DNA from: a virus
Virus record (IMG/VR): IMGVR_UViG_3300045996_000607
Coordinates: 1 to 64,000 of that record
Strand: one strand, 5' to 3'
DNA: 64,000 nucleotides
A program made the position numbers and the translations under genes. Under the pieces are notes generated by a model. The model worked only from the letters and a program-made list of their open reading frames with translations, searched no databases and had not been told where the DNA came from. Shown in pieces: positions 55,763-64,000 of this stretch (within the stretch, counting starts at the first letter, position 1; the number at the start of each line of letters is the position of its first letter).

Positions 55763-57511
55763 ATGAGTTTTAGCGATTATTCCGGCACGCCTGCGTCCAA
55801 CACGACGCTCGGCGACAGCATCTTCATCGGCCCCAACATGGAGCGCGGCAAGGTGCGCCCTGCCCTCCAGCAGCTCGCCGCGGACGGGCGTGAGTTGTAC
55901 GACGAGATGATCGCGCGCGGGTTCGGCGACTTGCCGGAGTTCATCGCGGCGGGAGCCGGGGCCACTGCGCGGCCAGTGAATGACAAGCTGCGGGAAACGC
56001 TGTCAGTCAAGGACTTCGAGGCTGTAGGTGACGGAGCGGCCGATGACAGCGCGCCCCTCCTTGCGACAGCGGTCGCGGCGCGCATAGCCTTGACTGACGG
56101 CATCCGCGCCTTGGCCGGCGAGGTGAAGCTCCCCCCCGGCCGCTATCGGATCACCGGCCCTCTGGATCTGGCAGCCGTGGGAGGCGTGAGCGGCCTGACC
56201 ATCTCGGGCAGCGGCGGCACCGAGATCGTTTTCGATGGCCCAACTGCGACGCTAAAATGCACCTCGTCGCGCACCATCACCTTCCGCAACATCGTGTTCC
56301 GCTCAACGGAAGCGACCGATGTAAGCCCCGGCGATCCTTACGGCATTGACCTCGGCCAATCTGCCTTCACGATCGCACAGAGCGGCAATCCGCTGCGATC
56401 GTGGCGTTTCGAGCGGTGCCATTTCTACTTCTTCGACAAATGCTTCACCGTCACCGGCGCGACGATGTGCAGCGAGTTCTATTTCGACGGCTGCATCTTC
56501 GGAAACTGCTATTACCTGATGGACAATAGCAACGATCAGGCGGTGAACTGGAACTTCGTCAACTGCGATTGGGAAAACCCAGAACTCGACACGGTGAAGG
56601 CCAAAAGCAGCTCCACGATCTTCAAGCTGCAAAAAGGCATTTCCTGCAAATGGACGGGCGGCTCGGTCATAAGCTACGGCACGCTGGTCTATTTTAACCT
56701 GACCGCCACGTCTTCCTTCGTGGCGAACAGCCATGCCATCACGTTCGACGGCATCCGCATCGAGCGCATGGACGACGGCGGCACCTGCACGCCGCTCTAC
56801 GATCGCGTTTCGAGCGGTTATATCAGCCCCGGCAACGCGCCCACGGTCGCGCTCCTGAACGCTGCGATGATCTCGCGCGGCACGATCCCATCGACGGTCA
56901 CGCACTTCAAGGTGTGGGACAACGTCAACTTCCTGGTCGACAATTGCGACATCGAGACCGGCAAGATCGTGGGCGTCTATGGATCGCTCTCGGGTGCCAA
57001 CACTGGCGAGTTCACGCTGCGCAATTCTACAGCCCTGCTCTACGAAGATGACGCCACCGGCAAGATCAGCGACCACATCAAGCACAGCATCACGATCGAG
57101 CCGCAGACGCGCGGGGGTACATTGGGCCTGACGTTTCATCAGCGCTCTGATTCGTTGAGCGTGCCTTACTCGCTGGCGCCCAACGAGATTCGGTTTCGAG
57201 GTCCGACAGGTAGCCTACCGGAAGGCGGCACCACCGTGAACGTCCCCCCTCTGCCGAAGTATACCGTGCTGGAACGGCTGGTCGTTCGAAGATTCTCGGC
57301 CGCTACGTATGGCCTCACAGTTCAGCTTCGCGACCAAGCAGACACGACGACTTATGCTGAGGTTGTCTTGGCGGCTGGTACGGATCGCTTCGCGGAGGCG
57401 CAGATCAATCTTGAGCTAGGCTTTCAGCTCCTGACTACAACCCCGTTGATGCTCAAGGTCATCGGCACGCCTGAATCCGTCAAAGGCTTGGTCGGGCTAG
57501 GGTATTCGTGA
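55763..57511 (+). CDS. Tailspike / depolymerase beta-helix (phage B)
   Basis: GA.AR.V.DKLRE.LSVKDF.AVGDG.ADD; LPPGRYRIT. Confidence 0.85.
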   Translation: MSFSDYSGTPASNTTLGDSIFIGPNMERGKVRPALQQLAADGRELYDEMIARGFGDLPEFIAAGAGATARPVNDKLRETLSVKDFEAVGDGAADDSAPLLATAVAARIALTDGIRALAGEVKLPPGRYRITGPLDLAAVGGVSGLTISGSGGTEIVFDGPTATLKCTSSRTITFRNIVFRSTEATDVSPGDPYGIDLGQSAFTIAQSGNPLRSWRFERCHFYFFDKCFTVTGATMCSEFYFDGCIFGNCYYLMDNSNDQAVNWNFVNCDWENPELDTVKAKSSSTIFKLQKGISCKWTGGSVISYGTLVYFNLTATSSFVANSHAITFDGIRIERMDDGGTCTPLYDRVSSGYISPGNAPTVALLNAAMISRGTIPSTVTHFKVWDNVNFLVDNCDIETGKIVGVYGSLSGANTGEFTLRNSTALLYEDDATGKISDHIKHSITIEPQTRGGTLGLTFHQRSDSLSVPYSLAPNEIRFRGPTGSLPEGGTTVNVPPLPKYTVLERLVVRRFSAATYGLTVQLRDQADTTTYAEVVLAAGTDRFAEAQINLELGFQLLTTTPLMLKVIGTPESVKGLVGLGYS

Positions 57512-58290
57512 TGCACGAGCCTCGAAACCCGCACCCGCTCAAGCCGCGGACCTACCAAGGCCGCAAAGCCGAACGCGATCGCCGCCGCCATCAACATCGG
57601 CACGCCCGCGCCGTAGCAGAACAGCAGGATCGGAAAGTGCGTGAGGTACAAAGTGTAGGAGAAGCTCCCCGATATCGCGAGCAGCCCGCCCGCTTGCCTG
57701 CTGGGGCGTTCGGCGCCTCGCCACCCCGCCACGAAGCCAGCTACGAACGCCAGCCCCTTGATCGCGAACCAAGGCTGCAGGATGGTCAGCACCACCAGCA
57801 ACAGCACCGCTATGGCCCGCTGCCGATACACCGCCAGCGCGGCAATCGCGTAGTACCACACCTCGTAGGACAGCGACCAAAGCGGACCGTTGCTATCGAG
57901 CGTCGGGCCAGCAAAGCCGTTCAGGAACAGCAGGGTCGGCAGCAGGCCGTCCATACTGAAAGCCGCCCGGGCGGTTCCGTTCAGCGCGTGGGAGCTGGTT
58001 GTGAACACGAGCGGCGCCAGTGCCCACAAGACGGCGCACAAGGCGACGCTGAACAGGAACGGCGGAAGCAACCGATCGGCGCGTCGGATCGCGAATTGCC
58101 GCCAGTCGTGCGCCTTCAGCGATTTGGCGATCACGAAGCCGCTGATTGCGAAGAACCCGAGCACCGCAGCGTAGGCGAGCCATCCATATGCCGGGTGTGC
58201 AGCCGGGTCGTAGATCTGCGCGAGATGCCCCACCGCTACTACCAAGGCCAGCCCGCCGCGAGACGCGTCCAGATATCGAAGCGGGTTCAC
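57424..58290 (-). CDS. Acyltransferase family 3 membrane protein (phage B)
   Basis: LDASRG..A.VV..GH, FFAISGFVI, RR..RL.P, NGPLWSLSYEVWYY, SYTLYLTHFP. Confidence 0.9.
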   Translation of the reverse strand: MNPLRYLDASRGGLALVVAVGHLAQIYDPAAHPAYGWLAYAAVLGFFAISGFVIAKSLKAHDWRQFAIRRADRLLPPFLFSVALCAVLWALAPLVFTTSSHALNGTARAAFSMDGLLPTLLFLNGFAGPTLDSNGPLWSLSYEVWYYAIAALAVYRQRAIAVLLLVVLTILQPWFAIKGLAFVAGFVAGWRGAERPSRQAGGLLAISGSFSYTLYLTHFPILLFCYGAGVPMLMAAAIAFGFAALVGPRLERVRVSRLVHHEYPSPTKPLTDSGVPMTLSINGVVVRS

Positions 58291-58365
58291 GGATTACTTG
58301 TCCACCTCCCCACGCCGCCCGTCAAGGCCCGCCAAATACCGCCCACGACCAAGAGGAGAACGCAG

Positions 58366-58464
58366 ATGCCAGGTGAAGAGAACGAGAGCGAGCAGCACAC
58401 GAAGAAGCCGCCGCAGCCTACGCCCACCCCGACACCCACGCCTACTCCGACGTTGAGCTGGTAG
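58366..58464 (+). CDS. 32-aa Pro/Thr-repeat peptide MPGEENESEQHTKKPPQPTPTPTPTPTPTLSW
   Basis: Strong RBS gaggag; stop abuts the next GTG; PT codons varied rather than a perfect microsatellite. Confidence 0.65.
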   Translation: MPGEENESEQHTKKPPQPTPTPTPTPTPTLSW

Positions 58465-58902
58465 GTGCTACCCGGCGACATCTATGTGATGCTGCTCGTG
58501 CTGACGGCGGTATTCGTCGCGCCGTTCAGCCGGCTGGCGTTCGTCGTCGTCGTTGCGTGGACGATCGGCCACTTCGCATTTATCGCCGGGGCTCACGAAC
58601 ATTGGGTCAATCTGCTGCAGCATCTCGGTGCAGCGGCGTTCGGCATGCGATATGCCCGACAGACCGCCTACGCATTCGCGTGGGCTTTGTTCGCACCGCT
58701 GGTGACGATCGACCTGATCGTGCTCTTCGCCGGGTATGATCCGGATCATGGCTGGTGGCTGGTCCTCGGGCTGGCGACCTTGCAGCTATTCGCCATGCCG
58801 TTCGGGATCGACCGCGGCCGGGCCCGCGCTCTCTTCAAGGCGTGGAAAGAGAATGTCTGCTGGCAACGCACATTCGGGGAGCCGGGCTTTGTGGCTATCT
58901 AG
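58465..58902 (+). CDS. Multi-pass membrane protein of unknown function
   Basis: About 4-5 hydrophobic segments in 145 aa. Confidence 0.7.
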   Translation: MLPGDIYVMLLVLTAVFVAPFSRLAFVVVVAWTIGHFAFIAGAHEHWVNLLQHLGAAAFGMRYARQTAYAFAWALFAPLVTIDLIVLFAGYDPDHGWWLVLGLATLQLFAMPFGIDRGRARALFKAWKENVCWQRTFGEPGFVAI

Positions 58903-59284
58903 CTTCGTGGCGCAGACCGCGGTCCCGGTCACCGTCAACAACCTGACTCCGACGTTCTATGTCATGTGCGTTGCGGTCGTTGGCCTGTTCGGCATCCTCG
59001 TGCGCCAGTGGGTGCCCTACAAGAAGCTGCTGGTTGAAGAAGACGCGAGCCTGCGGGCGGATCTTCTCAAGCGCATCTCCGAGCTTGAGGCCGAGCTTAG
59101 CGAGGAGCGCCGGCGCTGCGACGAGAAGATGTCCAAACTTCAGGCGCAGTTCGACGGTCTACAACGCATGGTGATCCAGTGGCAGGTTTCGTCTGGTCGC
59201 GCATTCGAGCTCGGCGGGTCCAGCGAGGCCGCCAAAACAATACCGCGCGTGGAAGAGCATCTTGCGAAACGAGGTCAGGAATGA
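58889..59284 (+). CDS. Lysis-associated TM plus coiled-coil protein (start approximate)
   Basis: Counterpart of 12210..12614 (L..E..RC.E). Confidence 0.55.
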   Translation: MWLSSFVAQTAVPVTVNNLTPTFYVMCVAVVGLFGILVRQWVPYKKLLVEEDASLRADLLKRISELEAELSEERRRCDEKMSKLQAQFDGLQRMVIQWQVSSGRAFELGGSSEAAKTIPRVEEHLAKRGQE

Positions 59285-59862
59285 ACCGCAAACCCATCTT
59301 CGACGCAGTTCGCGCACAAGGTGTCGACTTCAACCGTCCCGGCGCCGTGGAGATCCTCGACAATGCCCTGTCGTTACTCGGGATGCCGAGGGAGGATGCG
59401 TTAGCGCCCTCCTCCGTCGCCGTGGCACTGATCCAGCGTTTCGAAGGTTGCCGGCTGCAGGCATATCCGGACCCCGGCACGGGCCGGGATCCATGGACGA
59501 TCGGCTGGGGCAGCACGACCGACGAGCTTGGACAGGCGATCAAGCCGGGCACCATCTGGACGCAGGAGCGCGCTGATAGCCGCCTGAAGGATCAGGTGCG
59601 CGACTTCGGCAACAAGGTCGCCGCGGTGCTGGACGGCGTGCCGACGACGCAGCACCAGTTCGATGCCATGGTGAGCCTGGCATACAACATCGGCATTCGG
59701 GCGTTCGCCGATTCCACGCTGGTCAAGCGCCACAAGGAGGGCGCCTATGCGGGTGCAGCGCTCGAGTTCCTTCGCTGGAACAAGGCCGGCGGAAAGGTGC
59801 TTGCGGGCCTTACGAAGCGTCGGGACGCGGAAAGCTGGCTGTACAAGGGGTTGACGGCATGA
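59281..59862 (+). CDS. Endolysin, GH24 lysozyme
   Basis: FEGCRL.AY.DPGTG..PWTIGWG.T, QFDAMVSLAYNIG, WNKAGGKVLAGL..RR. Confidence 0.93.
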   Translation: MNRKPIFDAVRAQGVDFNRPGAVEILDNALSLLGMPREDALAPSSVAVALIQRFEGCRLQAYPDPGTGRDPWTIGWGSTTDELGQAIKPGTIWTQERADSRLKDQVRDFGNKVAAVLDGVPTTQHQFDAMVSLAYNIGIRAFADSTLVKRHKEGAYAGAALEFLRWNKAGGKVLAGLTKRRDAESWLYKGLTA

Positions 59863-60119
59863 ACACCGGCATTCCCCACCTGCGCATCGTGGTAGCCGCC
59901 TGCGTCGCAGCGATCGTCGGTTACGCGATCTTCAGCGCCTATGTCGTGATCGTACTCCGGGACGCCACGATGACGGGCGACACGATCGGCACGTGGAAGA
60001 GCTTCGCGGTGCTCGCTTTTGGATTTTGGCTGGGATCGAGTTCGGCCGGCAAGACCCGCACCGATGCGCCCACCGGCAAGCCTAACGATCCTGTGAGCGT
60101 CGAGGAAGTGAAGCCCTGA
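59859..60119 (+). CDS. Holin-like two-TM protein (phage B)
   Basis: Two TMs, FWLGSS.G.K. Confidence 0.65.
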   Translation: MNTGIPHLRIVVAACVAAIVGYAIFSAYVVIVLRDATMTGDTIGTWKSFAVLAFGFWLGSSSAGKTRTDAPTGKPNDPVSVEEVKP

Positions 60120-60297
60120 CCGCTCGCCACAGCCATAGCACCGGCCCCGCGACGATAGCCATGCACCCCGGCTCGGGAGAGTGCTGATCCTTGCGTGATT
60201 CGCTCATCCCGCGATCGTAGGCAGGTTTTGGGCGGGTTGGGTAGCGTATCGCGGGGCCGATGCTTGATAACCCTCACCAACCTGCTAGCATTCTCCC

Positions 60298-60426
60298 ATG
60301 GATCTACGCGAGATTATAGCCGCCGCAATTGCTCTACTGCTGTTTGCAGGCGCGGGTTTCGGCGTCTGGTCTTTCCGCCGCATGGTTTATCATCGGCGTC
60401 ATGGGCGGTATCCGAAGAAGGGGTAG
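60298..60426 (+). CDS. 42-aa single-TM protein in a 190-bp B-specific insert
   Basis: MDLREIIAAAIALLLFAGAGFGVWSFRRMVYHRRHGRYPKKG; TTGATA-16-TAGCAT just upstream. Confidence 0.6.
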   Translation: MDLREIIAAAIALLLFAGAGFGVWSFRRMVYHRRHGRYPKKG

Positions 60427-60430
60427 CAAC

Positions 60431-60655
60431 CTAATTCCTGATAGCGCTGCTGGACGTGTCCCTGCGCGGGATCACATCGACGGGCCGCTCTCCGCACTTG
60501 CATCGCAGCCGGGCCTTGAGCTCGTCCAGCGTCAGGTCGCCCAACCGCTCGAGCAGTTCCTTCGCGCTCATCACCCGGATACGCTTGCAGCCGGGCTTGT
60601 GGCAGCCGACGTGGACGTTCAGGCCGTCTGATACGAGCGTCGAAAGCTTCCTCAC
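60431..60655 (-). CDS. Small zinc-ribbon protein (B copy)
   Basis: Near-identical to 13563..13787. Confidence 0.7.
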   Translation of the reverse strand: MRKLSTLVSDGLNVHVGCHKPGCKRIRVMSAKELLERLGDLTLDELKARLRCKCGERPVDVIPRRDTSSSAIRN

Positions 60656-60738
60656 CCCAACGCCATCCAGCAGGCGGCAAACACCAGCATGCCGAAGAAG
60701 CCGCGGAGGGTGCGGCGGTCGGTTAGCAGGCGGGTCAC
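60652..60738 (-). CDS. 28-aa hydrophobic peptide MTRLLTDRRTLRGFFGMLVFAACWMALG
   Basis: Homolog of 13784..13870. Confidence 0.65.
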   Translation of the reverse strand: MTRLLTDRRTLRGFFGMLVFAACWMALG

Positions 60739-61295
60739 CGTTTCAGCCGAGCCTTGATCCGTTCCGTGCGAGCATCAGCGAAAATCGCGTCGATCTTGGC
60801 CGTGACCCGCGCAACAGCATCGGCGGCATAATCACGCCGCGGCCGGAAGTGGTAGTTGATCTCGGCGGGCTCCTGATCCCAAGGCATCCTCAATCTCCTG
60901 TCACAAGGTGCGGTCGGGGTTCAGGGCGGCGGTTATTGCCGAGCAGATTTCCTGTATGAGCGGAGGTCTTTTTCCTTCTGCCAAACCGTACTCGGACCAA
61001 TCCTGCCCGGGGGGCGCGGCCACGACGCAAACAACAAAGCTATCCTTAGTCGGGCCGTAACCTTCCGGGAGCCACGTAATATGCCATGGATCCCGACAGC
61101 CAGCATCTAGCCCACTCGACGGGATTCGATATTCGCCGCCATATCCTACAGCACACCGACCTTTCCGCTCCACCATCTCACTTGCCACCGAACATCTCCT
61201 TCGCAATCTTGCGGCGCTCGCTCAGCGCTCCAGCCATGTGACCAGATAGAAAAGCAAGGATGATAAACAGGTCGCCGATGACCATATCACTCACA

Positions 61296-61523
61296 TCATT
61301 CTCCCTTACCGGAGGGGGTTAGCTTGGCGTACAGGGCGCAGGCTTTGTACACTTCCGCAGGGTAGGTTAGAGGGTTCCTCGGAGTCGCCAAGAGCCCAGC
61401 CAAAGCCGCCTGAGCCTCCTCGATCAGTGCGGCGGCTTCCTGAATGATCGCGTACGTCGTGGCAGGCGCTTGATACATTGCCTCCTCATCGATCTCGCGC
61501 AACCGCTCCACAATATCCATCAT
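61296..61523 (-). CDS. Hypothetical protein
   Basis: DIVERLR...EAA..IE pattern typical of phage early genes. Confidence 0.6.
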   Translation of the reverse strand: MMDIVERLREIDEEAMYQAPATTYAIIQEAAALIEEAQAALAGLLATPRNPLTYPAEVYKACALYAKLTPSGKGE

Positions 61524-61869
61524 CTCTCCCCTTGGGCGCGTTGAAGGTGGGCTGCCCCTACCCGTTTCCGATAAGCGAGGGGCAAGCTCGACCAGTCGAA
61601 GTCATCGACAAACTCTCCGCAATGATGCTGGCGCGGGGTGAACGGGTGCCCTGCACCAACCGGAGCGCTTATACCGCTCATCCCCAACATGCTGGCGCGC
61701 TGATCTCCCGACATCGGTGCGGCCTTTCGGCATTCACCCACTATCGATGTGACCGAATGCCAATGGTCGCAGCCTGCGCAGCAAGGACCGTGCTGCCAAT
61801 AAAAGATGTCAAGCACGGCCTGCCTCTCGGCCACTCCCGCTATCTCAGCCTCTTGGGGGGTTGGCGGGG

Positions 61870-62505
61870 TCATTGCGGCCGTTCCTTGGCGATGCCTTCG
61901 GCCCCGGCTGTCGCGGCTGCGCCGTCGAGCTGCTGCGCATCTCGCCCCTTCGGGCTTCCATCCGTATCGTGGAGCGCACGGCAAGCCGCGAAGTACGCCC
62001 ACGCGGTTGGCGGGAGCCATGTGTTGCCGTCCTCGTCGGTGAAAGCCTCAACCCGCAACAGGTCTTGGACACTCGCATATGCGACCCCGACCGACTTGCC
62101 ATCTTGGTTGTAGATGCCCCGCGCCACCGCCTCTGGCGTGCTGATGATGCGGTCGATAAGCACCCACTGCTCCAAGGTCAGCCGAGCGTCTATCTGACAC
62201 CGGAACCCACTATCGGCCTTGAGCGTGACCTTCACCGTCGACGTGTCGAACGGCAGCCAGCCCCCTTGACCGGGGCACCACTTGCTTTGGTGCCACTCGG
62301 TTTCATCGATCTGTCCGCAAGCCACGCATCGAGGCGTTCCATCGCGCACCTTCTTGCTGAGCGGGTGAAAGCGAAGGACCTCCTTGCCGCCGATGTCGAT
62401 CGTATCCTCCCGCGAGGGATTGAAGCCGCTTGCGGCCGAGACCGCAGGGCTCGGTTCACGAAAGCCCGTACCCGTCAGGGGCGCGCCTAAATCTCCATCA
62501 TTCAC
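61870..62505 (-). CDS. Hypothetical protein
   Basis: Operon-coupled ORF. Confidence 0.55.
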   Translation of the reverse strand: MNDGDLGAPLTGTGFREPSPAVSAASGFNPSREDTIDIGGKEVLRFHPLSKKVRDGTPRCVACGQIDETEWHQSKWCPGQGGWLPFDTSTVKVTLKADSGFRCQIDARLTLEQWVLIDRIISTPEAVARGIYNQDGKSVGVAYASVQDLLRVEAFTDEDGNTWLPPTAWAYFAACRALHDTDGSPKGRDAQQLDGAAATAGAEGIAKERPQ

Positions 62506-62759
62506 GCGGTATCTCCTTGATTCATCCCTGCTATTTCAGCGTTGAGGGAGGGGGTGTAGGCGACGCGATCCCAATCCGACGTAGGGTTGGTGCAGAACTC
62601 CCCGTGCTTCCATCCGTAGCCGCGCATGTGATACATTCCGCCGTCACGACACAGGTAGGGGCCGTTATCCCAATCACGCGGGGCGTTCGGATAGTCGGGA
62701 TGATCGGGGCCGTATGCCTTCATCCCGACAGGAATCGTCAATGCAAGAAGATCGCTCAT
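62502..62759 (-). CDS. Hypothetical protein (cassette allele of 15401..15856)
   Basis: Same MSDLLAL start and TPSLNAEIAGM end; core AP.DWD.GP.L.RDG...VAYTP resembles the first module of 19500..20315. Confidence 0.65.
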   Translation of the reverse strand: MSDLLALTIPVGMKAYGPDHPDYPNAPRDWDNGPYLCRDGGMYHMRGYGWKHGEFCTNPTSDWDRVAYTPSLNAEIAGMNQGDTA

Positions 62760-62974
62760 CAGAAGCCTCCCGTCTTGGCGTGCTGAAAGCAGAACAGGTT
62801 GCCCAGCCCATGACCGTCGCGACGCTTGCAGCGGTAAAGATGCAGAGCCATCGACCCGCGCCCCGCGTACCCGGCGCATCGCCCCGGAGACCAAGCCAAC
62901 GGCTCGTGATCCTCTATGAAGCACTCGTATCGGCGCGCCTTGACGCGATCGATTTCAACAGCATCCTCGCTCAT
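62759..62974 (-). CDS. Small Cys/His protein
   Basis: RC...C.R..GHG...LFC.QH. Confidence 0.6.
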   Translation of the reverse strand: MSEDAVEIDRVKARRYECFIEDHEPLAWSPGRCAGYAGRGSMALHLYRCKRRDGHGLGNLFCFQHAKTGGF

Positions 62975-63011
62975 GCTACACCTCCCAGGCGCGCTATCTC
63001 GGATTCGGGGG

Positions 63012-63254
63012 TCATTTGGCATTCTCGTGTTGAGCCGGCCACCGCTCCGGGTGCTCGAGCGCGTCGCGAAGGTCCGCCGCCATCTGCGGGTTCTCGTGCT
63101 GAATACTGGCGGCATAAGTCTCGATGGCGCGCCAAGCGTGAATGTCGCCGGCAAAGTCGAGCACGATGTAGCGGGCCTCGGGTCGGCAGGGTTTTCCGTC
63201 CGTGCGGGTGACGTTGAAGCGAGCCTCGAACCCGCCGTTGGTTTCGCGTGTCAT
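63012..63254 (-). CDS. Hypothetical phage protein
   Basis: V.RTDG......Y.VLD...D.HA..A...YA.......P..A.DL. Confidence 0.65.
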   Translation of the reverse strand: MTRETNGGFEARFNVTRTDGKPCRPEARYIVLDFAGDIHAWRAIETYAASIQHENPQMAADLRDALEHPERWPAQHENAK

Positions 63255-63967
63255 GCTGCCATAGCCTCCAGTCTGTCGGCGTAGTTTCGGCGCCCGCGCC
63301 ACGCGGCATGGGCTTCAACGAACAGGTCCGCCTGCCTGTCCTGCCAGTCGTATCGGTGACCGTTCTGCGCGAGGCTGGTGCTGTCACAGCTCACAAACGG
63401 ATAGTCGCTCCCGACCAGCACGCCGCGCAGCATGTGCAGCGGGTGCCAGCGGTTGCCCATCAGGGCCGCAACTTCGTCCATTTTCCAGCGGTATGCATCG
63501 CAGCCGACCGGCTCGAGTTTGGGGTCGCCAATCCAACCAAGGCAAACCCTGTCGTAGCGCTCGCAGAGACGGCCTAGACGATCAATGGGGCCGTCCATAT
63601 GCCAGACCGGCGCACCCCGTGACGTGCCGTGCGGCCACTCGTTCAGCAGCCCATCGTTGAGCTGGGACGGAGCGGCGGGTTTGTCGGGGATGATGGCCCA
63701 GCGACCGGGTTGCCAGAGCCGTTGATCGAGCCACGCGTAATATGCTGACCAATCCTGCCGCCCCGCATCCATAGGATCGGCACCAGCCCGAACGGCCTGC
63801 ATCCAGTAGGAGAACGCGCCGTTGTCGTACATCAGGAACGCGCAAAGCTGCTCCGCCAGCGTCGTCTGATCGGGCCGGAAGAAGCTGACGCACGCGGCCC
63901 GCTGGCGCATAACCTGCTCGAACGCCGCGTTTGGCGTCATGGGAGTGCCGTGGTAGCAGAGCGCCAT
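63251..63967 (-). CDS. Queuine tRNA-ribosyltransferase (TGT/DpdA)-like protein
   Basis: YHGTP.TP, DNGAFS.W, WAIIPD, PVWH, HMLRG, PF.S.DST. Confidence 0.55.
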   Translation of the reverse strand: MALCYHGTPMTPNAAFEQVMRQRAACVSFFRPDQTTLAEQLCAFLMYDNGAFSYWMQAVRAGADPMDAGRQDWSAYYAWLDQRLWQPGRWAIIPDKPAAPSQLNDGLLNEWPHGTSRGAPVWHMDGPIDRLGRLCERYDRVCLGWIGDPKLEPVGCDAYRWKMDEVAALMGNRWHPLHMLRGVLVGSDYPFVSCDSTSLAQNGHRYDWQDRQADLFVEAHAAWRGRRNYADRLEAMAA

Positions 63968-64000
63968 CACCGCAGCGCCTCCGGGACGGGCCACTCTGCG

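Larger units (their letters stand above)
44772..64000. mobile_element. Phage B: partial second related phage genome (head-tail, lysis, distal early genes)
   Basis: Second scaffold, capsid, adaptor, ejection, tailspike and lysis set, colinear with but divergent from 1179..13800; runs off the window end. Confidence 0.85.

Noticed and set aside
1-64000. Invertible tail-fibre shufflon between the two modules
   Set aside because: Shared segments are direct repeats, not inverted, and there is no serine invertase
1-64000. CRISPR array, tRNA or rRNA genes
   Set aside because: No regularly spaced repeats or cloverleaf seen by eye; a tRNAscan run would be needed to exclude tRNAs fully

Overview
The whole 64 kb is phage DNA with no recognisable host chromosomal genes. 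GC content is high, and an alphaproteobacterial-type LexA box suggests a Sphingomonas-like host (inference). It holds two related but distinct temperate podovirus-like genomes joined head-to-tail through a shared gene. Phage A is one complete, circularly permuted unit of 44,771 bp (1..44771): tail/ejection genes, tailspike, antisense acyltransferase, lysis, a solo tnpB behind an SOS box, integrase with an apparently intact attP, recombination genes, cI/cro, methylases, primase-helicase, terminase, portal, scaffold, BPP-1-like capsid and cement, and an SGNH-domain virion protein. At 44772 the sequence repeats the start of the window (identical for about 473 bp, then a diverged allele). It then runs into phage B: a second scaffold, a different capsid family, a parallel tail/ejection module, another tailspike and acyltransferase, a different endolysin and the distal early genes. 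This is either a real two-phage cointegrate or an assembly chimera; either way A and B can be compared directly. Best leads: (1) LexA-boxed, catalytically intact, apparently domesticated TnpB; (2) tailspike, antisense acyltransferase and SGNH esterase as a possible receptor lock-and-key; (3) a Pro/Thr peptide plus membrane protein before B's lysis genes; (4) a candidate +1 frameshift adding a peptidase to an ejection protein; (5) 21-37 bp identical gene-boundary linkers defining swappable early-gene cassettes. All family calls come from motif recognition by eye; no database search was run.
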